Origin: Parasitella parasitica NRRL 2501
Taxonomy: Eukaryota; Fungi; Mucoromycota
Direction of reading: 5' to 3'
NCBI GenBank assembly: GCA_025201805.1
Contig: MU619245.1
Location: 316,697-380,696 of the forward strand
Length of the DNA: 64,000 nucleotides
A program made the position numbers and the translations under genes. This document shows positions 12,567-24,945 of this stretch, piece after piece. The notes under the pieces were generated by a model, which saw only the letters and a list, made by a program, of their open reading frames with translations, was not told the DNA's origin and did no database searches. Position 1 is the first letter of the stretch. Every line of letters begins with the position of its first letter.

Positions 12567-13724
12567 TCGCTCTTTAAATGTGGACAATTTATATGACTTG
12601 GTTGCTCATCAATGCGAATAATTAACAAACAAGCAAAGTACAATTCAAACCGTAAACACGGGGTGCCAAACAGTAAAAAGCAGGATATGATCTAATAACT
12701 GTTGCAAAAGCAATCCTTCAGATTAACGAATCAACATAACCATACATTTTTTCGCTAAAATGTAGCAACACATGCGTCTTTGTAAAACCAAATAGTAGAG
12801 TAGCACAGTGTATATATAGAGACTATGTCATTCGATCTCACTATGCTTGACAAATGGCGTCGTCCTACTTATTTCAGGAAGTGCCTCTAAATAAGATGTT
12901 GCTTTGGGATCTTTGCCTTGCTATGGTGAAACACTAGCAGATCAACGCAATAAATGGCTAATGAACTGAATTTAGCAATTGTTTCTTTTAGATCTTTGCT
13001 TTGCTACAGTAAAAATCAAAAAGTTTATTGTGACAACTACGATACATTATATTAGGCCTCACGAGCCAGGGGGGGGGGGAGAAGTATTCTCATGCCCTCG
13101 ATCCTCTTATTACCTATTAGTGCTCTAGCAGCTTGCTCTGTGGTTTACTCTAATGATTCCAACAATACTCTGTGTGTTCTCTGCCTTTCCCTCCAATTTA
13201 GAACATAATAAAGTAATCGTCCTCAGGACATTTTATTTTCGAAAGACCATGAATTGTTGCAATATGATGAAACAATTGAAAGCATAAAGCGTGTAGAAAG
13301 CTAAACCAACTAGTTGTACGTTTTGTTGAGTTTTTTCGTATTGAAGATCATTCTTATAATATACCGGCAATGTTCTCAATTCAAAGGTGCAACTATCGCT
13401 TATCATCTGTCATCAACGAAAACAATGTTTTTGTATCAAACAAGGATAAAAACAGTTGTATGTTGTCGAGGGGCAGAAGGAATTGTTTGTTTTACTCTGA
13501 TTATGTGCATTTTGTGTTTATATTGCCTCCAAAAAAAATGGTGCTGTTTCTAAAAATACATGCAACAAGTGTTTACAACTCACATGAATGCTATATCCTC
13601 TGTTGTGCAATGTAACTGATTGCGCCCCTTAACCCCCATCATCTTTCTCTCACATTCTCATCCACTTGATATTGTAACAAGCCTCTGCACCTACGGTTCT
13701 ATACGTCGAAGCAATATCTTATTT

Positions 13725-15437
13725 TTATTTTGAACCAGTTGATGCTTTTGCATGTCCAACACTGCCATTACTGATGATACCGTGCTGATGCTGATGATAA
13801 TGCGGATAAACAACGCCAAACTTCCTTTGAAATTTGGTTATCTCTCGACTCATGCGTTCGAGGATTTCTACAGACGATTCTTCTTGCTTTTGTTGCTGAT
13901 GTTGTTGAAAGTCTTTAAAAGGTATAGGCGTAGATGGGCTGCTACTTGCACTTGTCGCTGTAGTCGCATAATCGTCTAGTAGAGGGACCGTGGAAGCGCT
14001 GCTGAGAGAGGAAGAAGTAGAGCAAGTAGACAACGATCTAGGCCGATTGAAGCTTGTTGCAGCGTCAGCAGACGATTGTTGCAGCTGTTGCGAATGGTCG
14101 TCAAAAAGCAGAAGGGCATCGCTATTATTTTTAAGAGTCATTGTTGGTGGTGGTAGTCTTTTCAATTCTTCGGATTGCATTTTAGCTATACATTCCATTA
14201 TTTGTTTGGCCCGTTTATTCATATCGGAAAAGGTCATTTTTGAATTTGGATACTTGATTTTTGCAGGCGGCGAGCTTTCTCTAGTAGGTCTTCCATCTGC
14301 AAAATTCCAATACGGTGCAATTGAAGAAGTGCAGGCTGTGCCGATTGTTGGAGATCCAAAATCATCCAAAATTTGCTGCTGTGGGGTGGCGCTGCTGCTG
14401 TTTCTGTTATTGGCTTTAGATCTTGTAGACTTCTTCTCATTCTTTGTCGCTGTTGTGGCTGTTGTGGTTGGGCAGGGGGAAGAAGGAGAAGAAGGTGCTT
14501 TTTTAATAAGTTCAGGTATCAGTCTAGTCTGTTCAGTTGCATCGGCCGATATTTTTGTACGTCGGGACCGGGTTGAACGCTCTTCAATCATACAAGATTC
14601 CTCGATTGTATTCATAACTGGAGATGCCTGTTCCATTTTTGCTTCTATTAGAGGTGTCTTCGGCGAATTAGAGCCTGTCTTGTCTGCTGCTGGCATCGCC
14701 TTCTTGCGGCGTTTTGTAGGACGTTTTGTCGATGTGGACGTTGCTCTATCTTCTTTATCGGAGCTGGATGAAGACGGAGATGTATTGTTAGCAGTAGATG
14801 TTGATACCAGACCAGCATTGTACAAACGTTTTGAACTATACCGATATGGGGGAATAAAATGAATATCCCTAAATGTTTCTTGTCTTTTGTTTTCACTTAC
14901 CGTCCGGAAGAAGTTTTGATAATTTGATGGTTTTCGGGTTGACATTGATCACAATAATAATGATCAGGTAGTTTATCTTGATTCAATCCAATGCATTCGC
15001 AATGCTGCCAAACTTCACATTTGTCACATTGAACCATCAAACCCGAGTTATCTAAGCAAGAAAAAAAAAATATGACTCAATATATGCATCATAGTGTGGG
15101 TACTAATTGTGTATGTGTATGTGTGTGGGTGTGTGGGTGTGTGTGTACAATTGTGCAAGTGTATTTTAAAGCGTGTGTAAGTGTGTGATCCCGAGTAAAC
15201 AGAGATAAACATAAATAGACAAAAGGAATAGCTACTTACGTCCTTGCCCACATATACATCTTGTAACAGAGTCAGCGTCAGAGCTTCTTTCATCAGAAGA
15301 GTCTTCTACCACTACTCTGCTAGACTTTGGTTTCTTGGGTGTGTTGGATTTGCGAGCTCTGCGTGGGGGTGCTTTATAAATCGGTTGTGAGCTACTATTT
15401 CTGACACAGCAAATAGTCGCTTGATTTACTTACTCAT
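13725..15437 (-). CDS. CTI6: Cti6-like PHD-finger subunit of the Rpd3L HDAC complex
   Basis: Spliced VTRCICGQG|[23 protein letters not shown]...YYCDQC PHD. C-terminal [29 protein letters not shown]...[16 protein letters not shown] is typical of Cti6. Confidence 0.75.
15108..15188. repeat. TG/CA-rich microsatellite in an intron of the Cti6-like gene
   Basis: tgtgtatgtgtatgtgtgtgggtgtgtgggtgtgtgtg run. Confidence 0.8.
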
Positions 15438-16539
15438 TGAAGGGTATTTGTAGTTTACAAAAAGGTTATTTATATAGGCAAAGAGTTTAGCTAGGCTTAT
15501 CTTTTTTAAGTGTGGGGAAGAGGGTATAGAAACAATAATAAAAAAACAAGAGATGGTACGAAAATTACAATAATCTTTTCAACATAAAGTACAATAAATT
15601 AATAAAAGAGGAATGCAATTTATTAAATACGATTCTCTTTACAATGAATTTGACGAGGGAAGAGAAGGAAAAGAAGAAAGCTATAAAAGAAAATTAGTAA
15701 CGGTTTTTTTTTCTTCTGATGGGCCAAAACTGGCCTTCAATCAAAAAAGATTGGTTGTAGCATTATGTTTATAATTGGTTGTATTCTTCAAGAGGCTTAA
15801 TTAAAGCTCTTTCTCTTGCATTGACAAATGGAACAATGATTAGCCTCTTTTCTACTTTGATGGGTTTCTAAAAATATTCATACTTGAATGCTGCTTGTAA
15901 CGTTGCAATATAGAAGACGAAATGAATGTGATGATGGAGAGATGCTATATCTTTGACACCCGAAGTCCGGATTCAAGTGGCATCTATTTATGACGAGGCT
16001 ATCAATCTGGATTTTATGCAATTTATAATGGAACGAAACCGCTATCGTTTCGACATTTTTATAAGAAATCAAACATGTAATTGCAAATGTCTTGTTTTGC
16101 CCAAACCTAACCTAGACACCAATTGCTATTCAATTAAATGCCAACTCTGTGGTTCGCTACTCAAATATAAACATTCACTTGTTACTTTTGGGTGATAAAA
16201 TTACCAGCCCTTCTTTCAGATACGTCCATAGTTTATTCAAAGCATTGATGCTCCTATAAACAGCCATCACACTAACGATAAGATGTAAGGTGATATATCG
16301 AAGTTTCAAGACTGAAAACTTATACTGTAATTGTAAATAGTAATGTATAAAAAATAGCTATAATTTTATATGATAAAGTGAATTTTTGGTATCTATATAA
16401 TAATGATATATATGTATAAAGGTGATTGTAATAAAAGCTTTCTAAGTTTTCTAAGTTTTCTGTTTTTGTTTTTTTGGGTAGTTTTTTGTTAGGTATACAT
16501 AAGACATATTTGAAGTTGGTATATAATGTTTGTTTGCAT

Positions 16540-18199
16540 TCAGAATTCCCATTTGTTTAAATTTTCGTCCATGAAAAGCTCGACCATACTTTTGACTCTC
16601 GCGCCAACAGGGCCCCTGGGCTTCATTTCTTTGATACGCAAAGTAAGCTCTTGCTGAGACATTTTGGAAAAAGAAGGTCTTTTGGGTTTAAGATCTTGTG
16701 TTCCAGCTGTAGCAGAGGAAGGTGCAGATGTTTGGATGATTGTTTCAAAACGAAGTCTTAGTTGATCTACTTCGGGAGTTTCAGGTCTAGGTAATGAGGC
16801 AAATGAATTAGGGGAAAAGGAGGATCTGCCACTATTGCACAGCAAGGGTAACGATGTGGGTGTGGTTGTTGTTGTGTGTGATGCTGCAAGGACGGTATCC
16901 TTTTTACTAGTTGCTGCTGCAACTTCTGCATCATGTTCATCTGTAGCTGCACTAGAACAAGTGGATGGGTAGGATATGATTTGTTGTTCCTGGATCAGGT
17001 TATCACATGTAGCTTCCTGAGCTACGATAACATTTTCTGTTGGTATTATTGCTGCTCCTATATCAAGAGATGAAGACAAGACTTCCTGCTCCTTGTCTTG
17101 AATATCTGCTTCGATTTTATCTTGCTTGGCAGTATCGGTCTTTTGAGAAGCAACTACAACAGGTCGTTTTTCTGTTAACCGACTTGGCTTTCTGGTCCGC
17201 CCAGTCAATACAGAAACAGGTGGCGTATTTTTAATTACACCTCCTTTGGATGTTGTGCTTAACAACTTTTTAGAGGATGTTGCTGTAATTGATACTAGAC
17301 TACCTCTTCTTTCGCTTGTTGATTTCATGCTATTATTCATTCTTTTAGTTGGTGTTACAGTAGAATTCTTTACTTTAGCTGCAGTTGTCGTTGTTGCTGC
17401 TGATGTAGGACGAGCCTACATGTATAAATTAAATGAGATTTAGGAGTTGATTAGTAACCTCGTTTTTTTTTTTTTTTTTCAAGTATGCCAACTTACAGCT
17501 TTTGCGCTTGAATTTGGGATCTTGCTGGTAGTGATGGTAGTAGGCTTCCTTGCTGTGGGAGTGGTAGAAACAGGGCGTGCTGTAGTTGATCTTTGTTGTT
17601 GTACTGTACCAGTACGCAAAGGCTTTCGTTCTGAAACGTTTACTGATTTGGCCTTTTGTTGTTGTTTCTTTACTTTGATGGGAATACTTGAGCTACTGCC
17701 GTTGCTAGTAGCGCTGCTAACGCTGCTTACGGTTGTAGCAGACGCATTTTTTTTAACAGATAAATCCTTCAAAACCAAGTTTTTGAACCAGTCTACTTGA
17801 TGTTGAGCAGTTTCCGATGTGCTTGCATATATGAATGTACTACGCCTAGAAATGCTTTTAAGTTTGTATCCCATGTACATAATCAGAAAATTAAATCTTA
17901 CCTTTTTGAAAGAGATGCAGTGCTTGTGATTTGGAACCAATCTTTAATTGCATTTGAGCCTTCTAAAATAAATCCATAGACGGGCAGTCTAATATTTTGT
18001 ATTAGTATATAGATGCCATCATGACAATATTACTCATAATTTACGTTCTGCTGATGGTCTTGTTTAGGGTTTTAAGTGATGTATCTGCAGTCAAGTCAAA
18101 TTGCTTTTCGTACACCAGTCTCATCTTGGATGCTGCAATTTTGTTCAAGATATCATCCTTGATGGCCAAAGAAATGATACCCAACGTTTGCTGTGTCAT
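16540..18199 (-). CDS. Protein with a degenerate N-terminal nucleoside-diphosphate-kinase-like domain and a long S/T/K-rich disordered tail
   Basis: Spliced MTQQTLGII...ILNKIAASKMRLVYEKQFDLT...PVYGFILEGSNAIKDW...IYASTSETAQHQVDWF aligns by eye with NDK motifs (TLAII, PVVAMVLEGENAV..W, VHGSDS..A..EI.FF). It continues into ORFs 17479-17940 and 16540-17340. Confidence 0.6.
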
Positions 18200-19712
18200 A
18201 CTTACGGGCTAAATCAGAGTGTTAAAAAAAGGAGAGAAAAACAAGAAGAAAGAATTCTTTAGTGTTTGGTATGCATTTCGAGATATTTATATTATCAAAC
18301 ACATGTTGCAATAATGAAACTTACATTCTTATAATCAAATATATTTATGTTGTCACAAAGAAAAAATGAGAAGGATAAGAGAAAAAGAGGAGAATAATCA
18401 AGGAGGATTGGGGCTACTAGTTTTATTTGCGTATCACATCATTTATTAATTGTGATGGAACAGGTGAATTCTACTGTCAATAAAGGTAATTCAGGTGTTC
18501 GCTGGAGTTTGAATTGCACTGCACACTTTAATGCATCCCTCCCACATGGAACGGGTAATAAATGTGCACAGATCTCAGCTACATGTCATTTGCAATAGTG
18601 TTTCATAGGCTATCTAAAGGGGATAAGATGTACCTATTTGGAAAAACCAGATATATATTGGCCAACAAATATATATGTACATAATGCGAAAGGAACTGGT
18701 AAATCTCGACAGATTTGTAAGAACATGTATGTAGTGTTGAGGCTATAAATGACCACGTCATATACATATATGCTCTTCCTCGAGACAAAAGTCATTAGTA
18801 GCATTTGCCTTTACCGGTATATTTATAGATTGTATGTTTATACAAATAAATGCCGTTGTTACTTGAACACTGACTTGTGATACAAAGAAATATTGACAAG
18901 CTTGATTTAGAAGTAAAACGTGGATTACTATGTTTACATTTTGTTTTCTAAATGTTCACGAATAAAACCATGCCGATGTGGCTTTCATCGGCAAGACAAG
19001 AAAATATTCAACTACTGTTGTTTATATAGTGGCCTGGATATACTCCTTCAATGTAATAAATGAAAGCGTACACTAGCTTTTGGATGGTTCCAATAATGAC
19101 ATTTCTTCACTCACGAGCCACCTTTTACGTAGTCCTATAAGCTAACCATTGTATCCCCACCTGGCTAAAGTGAATATGATTATCACTAGCAATGCACTGT
19201 TAGATTTGGGCAAGATTAGCTTTCATTAGTCGAGTGTCTTGTATTAAAAGCTTTATGATGTTGATAATTTTGTTTTCAATAAAATCAAGTCAGTCATTTA
19301 TGAATCATCAAAGACTTCCAAAGAGGATGAGTAAACTACCTTATGAGTTCTTGGCATAGCTCATCATATTTTTATGTTGCCCAACATAATAGTAAATTCT
19401 TAAGCAACGCAATGTTTTTGTTTTTGTACAATTGAGCAAGAAGGCAATAAAACTTAATTTTGTACTCGTCCTTCAGTCATACAAGCAAATATGTAAAATA
19501 ATAATAGAATCAGAATCCAAACTTGTTACATATTTCAGTCTACAGATGAAACTTGATTTATCCATCATAGTTTCTCATTCGGATGTTGAAACAACGAGGT
19601 AAATAATACATAAACCTTTTGGATCCAGAAAGACCCCTTCATATTCCTCTTTTCTTTTTTTTTCGAATTCGTCATAGTTAACATAGCAACTAAAAAAAAA
19701 ATTTTTTTTGAC

Positions 19713-20961
19713 ATGTCCATAGTAAACTCGACCTTTACATTTTTGCAGCAAAAAGGGAACGATTTGCCTGATTTATCTTGGTCCAATGTTGCTGTTGCAT
19801 CTTTGTTCGTACTTATCAATGGTAAATACAAGGAATAATTACATCGCTATTGATTTTATTCGATTGCTAACTGCTTTTTTAGGCATAATATCTCTGTCTT
19901 TGGGATTAAAGCTAGAAAAATCACTATTAACAAGCTCAATACGTTGTATTGTTCAATTGACTATCATGGTTGGTATTTGTTGGTACACAATAAAGGAGAG
20001 AAAATCATTTAACAACAAACAAACCCTAGGGAAAAATTTTAGAAAGCATATTCAAGGCAAAGAATCCGATGTTGGTCATGCTAATGACATGTAAATATTT
20101 GACATTCAATGATATCACTATGCAATAATACTAAAACAAAACTCGTTAGTTGCATTGATTTTCCTAAGCTCATGCGAAACAGTTTATAATAAATCAGATT
20201 GGTCCTTTAGCAAAATGGTAAGCCCTAAAAATGATAGATTAAGTTATACAGCAGTTAATAGATTTTCCTAGTTCCCATCCGTAATTTTATCAACAGCCTT
20301 TTCTACCATTTTCATTGGCATTTTGGGAACTCGATATGCCATGAATCAACAACAATTTTGGCTACCCGAATTATTCATCCCCACAATTGGTTTATTGTTG
20401 GGCATCACAGCAGGAGCGATGGCAGTAGGCTTATCGACTTGTTTAACCAAAGTTGGTCAACAAGCCGATCAGATCGAGACTTATTTGAGCTTTGGAGCAA
20501 GCCGATGGGAAGCTGGTAGAGCAGTTGCTATTGAAGCAATTAGATTGGCCATGTTACCAAGCATCAACTCCATGTCTGTGATTGGTCTTATTACTATTCC
20601 TGGTGCGATGACAGGGCAAATCTTGGGTGGTGCTCCAATTATGAATGCGGTGAGATATCAACAAATTATTACGTTCATGGTTTCTGCTACTACTAGCTTA
20701 GGTGTGCTATCTGTTGTTTTTGTAAGTTTTCAATGCCGTTCATTGCTGATTTTTCTCTAACTTTTCAAATCGCAGTTTTGCATCCATCATCTAATCGACA
20801 CAAAGCATCGTCTGAGAGCAGAAAGAGTGCACAAGTACAAGGCCAATGTGTTCAGAGACATCAAGTTCCTTTTTGTGAGTGCCTGGAGAAAATTGTTCTG
20901 TAGAAAAGATCAAAAAAATAGATTAGAACCAAATGAAAACACACCTTTATTTAACCACTGA
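19713..20961 (+). CDS. UPF0014 family ABC-permease-like membrane protein (YbbM/FetB, plant ALS3/STAR2-like)
   Basis: LGLKLEKSLLTSSIRCIVQLTIM...FIPTIGLLLG...IETYLSFGASRWEA...AMLPSINSMSVIGLITIPGAMTGQILGGAPIMNAVRYQQII. Confidence 0.88.
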
Positions 20962-21278
20962 ATCAGCTGTCAATTACTATAAAAAGCACAGGCTCGAAAT
21001 AGATATACAACCGCTTCTTTAACACATTCCCCTTTTTTCATTTATTTTCTTGCCTCTTTTTCTTGTACAAACATTTTTATTTTATTTTTCTTGTTAGTGT
21101 GTGATGTATTTTATATAAAAGAAAAACCAACATTTCATCTTCCTTATCCTCCTCATTCATTCATCAGAAAAAATTATAAAAAAAATCATATAACTCAAAA
21201 ATAAAAAAAGTAAGTGATTAAATACCCAATTTTTTTATCATATCATAGCATAACAACAGCACTGCAGAAATATAAGAT

Positions 21279-21910
21279 ATGCCAATTTATAAACCACCTT
21301 CTTTAATACGACAAAATGCTTTTATATTAGAAGACGACCAAACCGAAACACCCTTGGATTCGGTAAGGACAAATACAGTATGAATTTTTCCGTTTTTATG
21401 AACATAAAGCAGGTGTGCCGTATTTGTTATGAAATAGGCGCAGATGATAACCCATTGTTTCAACCATGTCAATGTCACTCGGCAACATATCCTACCTTGT
21501 AAGCTACTTGTCAGCATTTATCATGTATGTGGACAAGAAAAAAGCTAATTTCTACAAGATACAGATATGCACATTCAAAGTGCTTCAGTCGTTGGCTCAG
21601 CGAGCACGGATATCCGCAACAATGTACGAAATGCAAATCAGTTTATGCAAAAGCACCCAGTACAGTCATTCTGAGTAAATGTCCAGCCCAGATGGCATTT
21701 CATTAACATTACTCACACACTCTGCTAGAAAATCGTCGTAAATATGTAATATCGCTCATCATGTCATTCATTGTATTATACTCCATTTATCACCTTATTT
21801 CTTCTTGCTCCACCTTTGAAGAAATACCAGATACAAAATTATACGCTGATTTTGGTGCAGATACCTATAATAATGTGCCCGAGATCTTGTATGCTCCTGT
21901 AAAGTGGTAA
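21279..21910 (+). CDS. small RING-CH (RINGv/MARCH-type) E3 ubiquitin ligase, ~153 aa, one TM helix; absent from the ORF track
   Basis: Exons 21279-21362, 21413-21498, 21565-21674 and 21729-21910 (all GT-AG, frame-consistent) give VCRICYE...LFQPCQC...YAHSKCFSRWL...QCTKCKSVY (C4HC3) followed by hydrophobic YVISLIMSFIVLYSIYHLI. Confidence 0.8.
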
Positions 21911-22598
21911 TCAATACTTGCATCATATATTCGCTTTAACAATTTGTTCTATCCAATATAGCGCATAAGCAAATCCTGTATAAAATCAAGTATTCAAATA
22001 CATTGCGTCTCTATTACAATGATTTCTATTTTGCTATTTCTTTTCTGTTAGTAATTTGTTTTTCCTAATACAAAAATACCCTTAAATTGCACGATCATTA
22101 ACTAGCATTTACATAGCCATCATTTTATTTCTTCACTAGCATTTCTTTTAATAAATCTCCAATGTCAATATACGCTTCAAGGACCCGAACACCCATGATT
22201 GTTTCGCAAGGATTATAGTGATACAAACAATTTGATTTCACAGCATGCCCTCTATTTTCTCGGATGCATACAAGCTCATGATTCCCTTTGTGTAAGTTAT
22301 CAAGGGCATTCTATACCTTAATCTGCAACAGGAATATTTGTCAAAGCACAAATAAGTCAAATACACTATTATATGTGCGCATCTGTAATCATTATTTGGT
22401 TGTCGTACGATCTGTGATTGTAATGTTACTCATCACAAATCATTGATTGACCGAAATCCAATGACGATACAACGTTTGTCCGGGTAAGACTCGATCTTTA
22501 AATGTATTTCACCATCTTCGCTTCTTTTTCCTTTTTGTTTAGCTTTTTGTACTTCTTTTTCTTTTATCTTTTTTTTTTCATACAAGAACATATACACA

Positions 22599-23519
22599 AT
22601 GCCATATCCTCCTTATGAGTCATATTTATCCAATCTTGACTCACTTGTTTTCGATTCACCGAGCAATGTTGCTCAATCAGAAGAAGATGTTGCCGATGAG
22701 TTAGATTTATGGGTAAGCAAAAAAAACAAAAAAAAATTGATACCCTGTATTAATAATCAACCTTGATTTTAGAGTAACGCACAATTTACATTTGATGTCA
22801 AGCCTGGTGTTGGCATTTTTGATGAAGAAAAGAACAAGTCTACCCCCAAGAATACTGCAAGTAGCCCTACTAACACGTCTGATGCTCAATTTGAATCTGT
22901 TTCTGGCCTAGACCCTGTTACCTATGATGCTCTTGTAAACTATCTTGATTACGAATTACCTAGACAACAACAACAACAAGACTCTCTCGCTACTCCCAAA
23001 ACGGCCAAGAGTCCCTCTGTTACTACTGCAACTGCAACTGTTGCCGTCAAGAAGCAACGTATTCAACCGCGTCCATTGGCTCCTGCTCTACCTGTTTTGG
23101 CTCCTCATGTTGCACCTATTGCTCGCCAAGTATTAATGCCTAAACCCCCTATTACTAACGTCAATGCCAACCTCTTGTCATCTTTATTGGCTACTGCAAC
23201 TTCATCATCTACCGTCCCTGCTGCTGCTGATGCTGTTATTCCATCTACTAAGAAAACGACTCCTGCCAAGAGAACAATAACAGAAGTCGAGCAAAACTCT
23301 GATGAACCTACGCTTCCTGATGAAGATAAGCGCCGTCGTAATACAGCTGCAAGTGCTCGTTTCCGTGTAAAGAAGAAGATTCGTGAACAAGCCATGGAAC
23401 AATCTGTGCGCGAAATGACTGAAAAATCCGACAAGCTTCAAGATCGTGTACATAATCTTGAAACAGAGATTAAATACCTTCGTAGCTTATTACTTGAGAA
23501 AGCGGCTTACGGTCAATAA
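22599..23519 (+). CDS. metR: MetR/CYS-3/Zip1-type bZIP sulfur-metabolism regulator
   Basis: N-terminal DELDLW|SNAQFTFD motif and basic region EDKRRRNTAASARFRVKKKIREQAMEQ with leucine zipper, both characteristic of the CYS-3/MetR/Zip1 clade; one intron at ~22713-22772. Confidence 0.8.
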
Positions 23520-23560
23520 GTATCCAAACAAACCAAACAAACAAGCAAACCAAACCAAAA

Positions 23561-23827
23561 ATTCAACATTTTATAAATATTCAACATAACACACTTTTAT
23601 ATATTCAACATACAACCCCCCCCCCCCTTATCTCTACATATTCAACATAACCACTCTTTCCTTCGCCAAATTCAACATTATATCATTTCTTCTTTTTTTT
23701 TTTNNNNNNNNNNGTATCATATTTCAACATTAACTTTGTACTTGTAATTCAACATTGCCATATATTTTCTCAACAAAAGCTTTCCACTATTACTCTTTAT
23801 AATAAATAAATCCCCCTAATTCAACAT
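23561..23827 (+). repeat. dispersed array of 8 exact TTCAACAT motifs in the putative 3'UTR of the bZIP gene
   Basis: Copies start at 23562, 23580, 23604, 23641, 23671, 23723, 23748 and 23820 with non-repetitive spacers; a 10-N gap lies at 23704-23713. Confidence 0.9.
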
Positions 23828-24576
23828 TATTAAGACTGATAGGCGTTTTTAACTTTGTTTTTACTTTGAATTTAAGATTTTGAAGGAATGAAAGCAAGCA
23901 ACTATGGTAAAAATCACTAAGCAGGCGTTTTATTTGAAAAACATTTTGCTTAAAACTATCTGGATGTCAGCTTTGCCAAGTTTTAGAAACACTATCTATA
24001 ATTCTTATCCTTAACATATACGATATCGAATTATTGCTTAGATTCTGGACGACAAGGCTAACATCTGACGAACCTTGTGGCTCTACTCCAATGCAAGATA
24101 TCAAGTAGATTCAATCACATTCAGTCTTTCATTGAACTACTGCTTTCAGCAAAAATTTGATCTGTAGGTGCGTTCGGTTGTGTAAACGACAGACAACTTA
24201 TCAATCTCATTCCAGTTCATGTTAATATGTGGCTAGACGCTCTTGATTCTTTCTTTTACGCAAGCTTGTGTAATGAAGCCCACGTTCAGTTGAGAGTTGT
24301 TTGCTGATAAATTACAGAAAATAAAAAGTAATAAAGATAGTAATTTAACCATGATAGACTTTTATGAGCAAACTTTCGTTTGAAACTTACTACCTTTCAA
24401 AAATCATAGCTTGTTGTTGGTTGTTCGAAGATCAGTTAGCAGACAATTGCAAAAGGGATATGAATATATTAATAGACACTTTTGCTTCTTTGAGACTTCA
24501 AATATGATATATAAGAATATAAATTATGCTATCTTTGCGTATTTTTCCAACATTTTATTTCTTAATAAAAGTTTTC

Positions 24577-24945
24577 ATAATAGAAACAATACCTTTACGC
24601 AAAATGGAATGGAAGAATATAGAAGAAATGCAGACGAGACCAGCAAAGAAGTTTGTTGGTGGGATAAATGGATTTGATTCAGGTACTTTGTGAAGGATAA
24701 CGTAGTTTTTGCACCCAAAATCGCTGCTTTTTGTTGATTACTCTGGATAGAGATATCACCCTTTCACCAAATTGTATGGAGGGATAGAGGCAACGTAGAC
24801 GTGTACAGCAAAGAAGTTTAGTGGGATATGAATTTCATTCAGGTATGTTTGGAGGATAACGTGATAATTTGCGCCCAAAATCATTGCTTTTTGCTGATAT
24901 TACTATGGATAGACACGCCATTCTTATTCGAAACGGTATGGAAGA
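24577..24945. repeat. diverged tandem duplication, ~165-bp period, ~2.3 copies
   Basis: cagcaaagaagttt..gtggg..attcaggta..ggataacgt..ttgc(a/g)cccaaaatc..tgctttttg..gat..act.tggataga occurs twice, and the atggaagaa block three times. Confidence 0.75.

Noticed and set aside
13990-14862. 290-aa plus-strand ORF
   Set aside because: Antisense shadow of the low-complexity Cti6-like exon; no domain features.
23561-23827. CRISPR-like repeat-spacer array
   Set aside because: The repeat is only 8-9 nt, spacers are irregular (10-64 nt), the context is eukaryotic and there are no cas genes; treated as a motif array instead.
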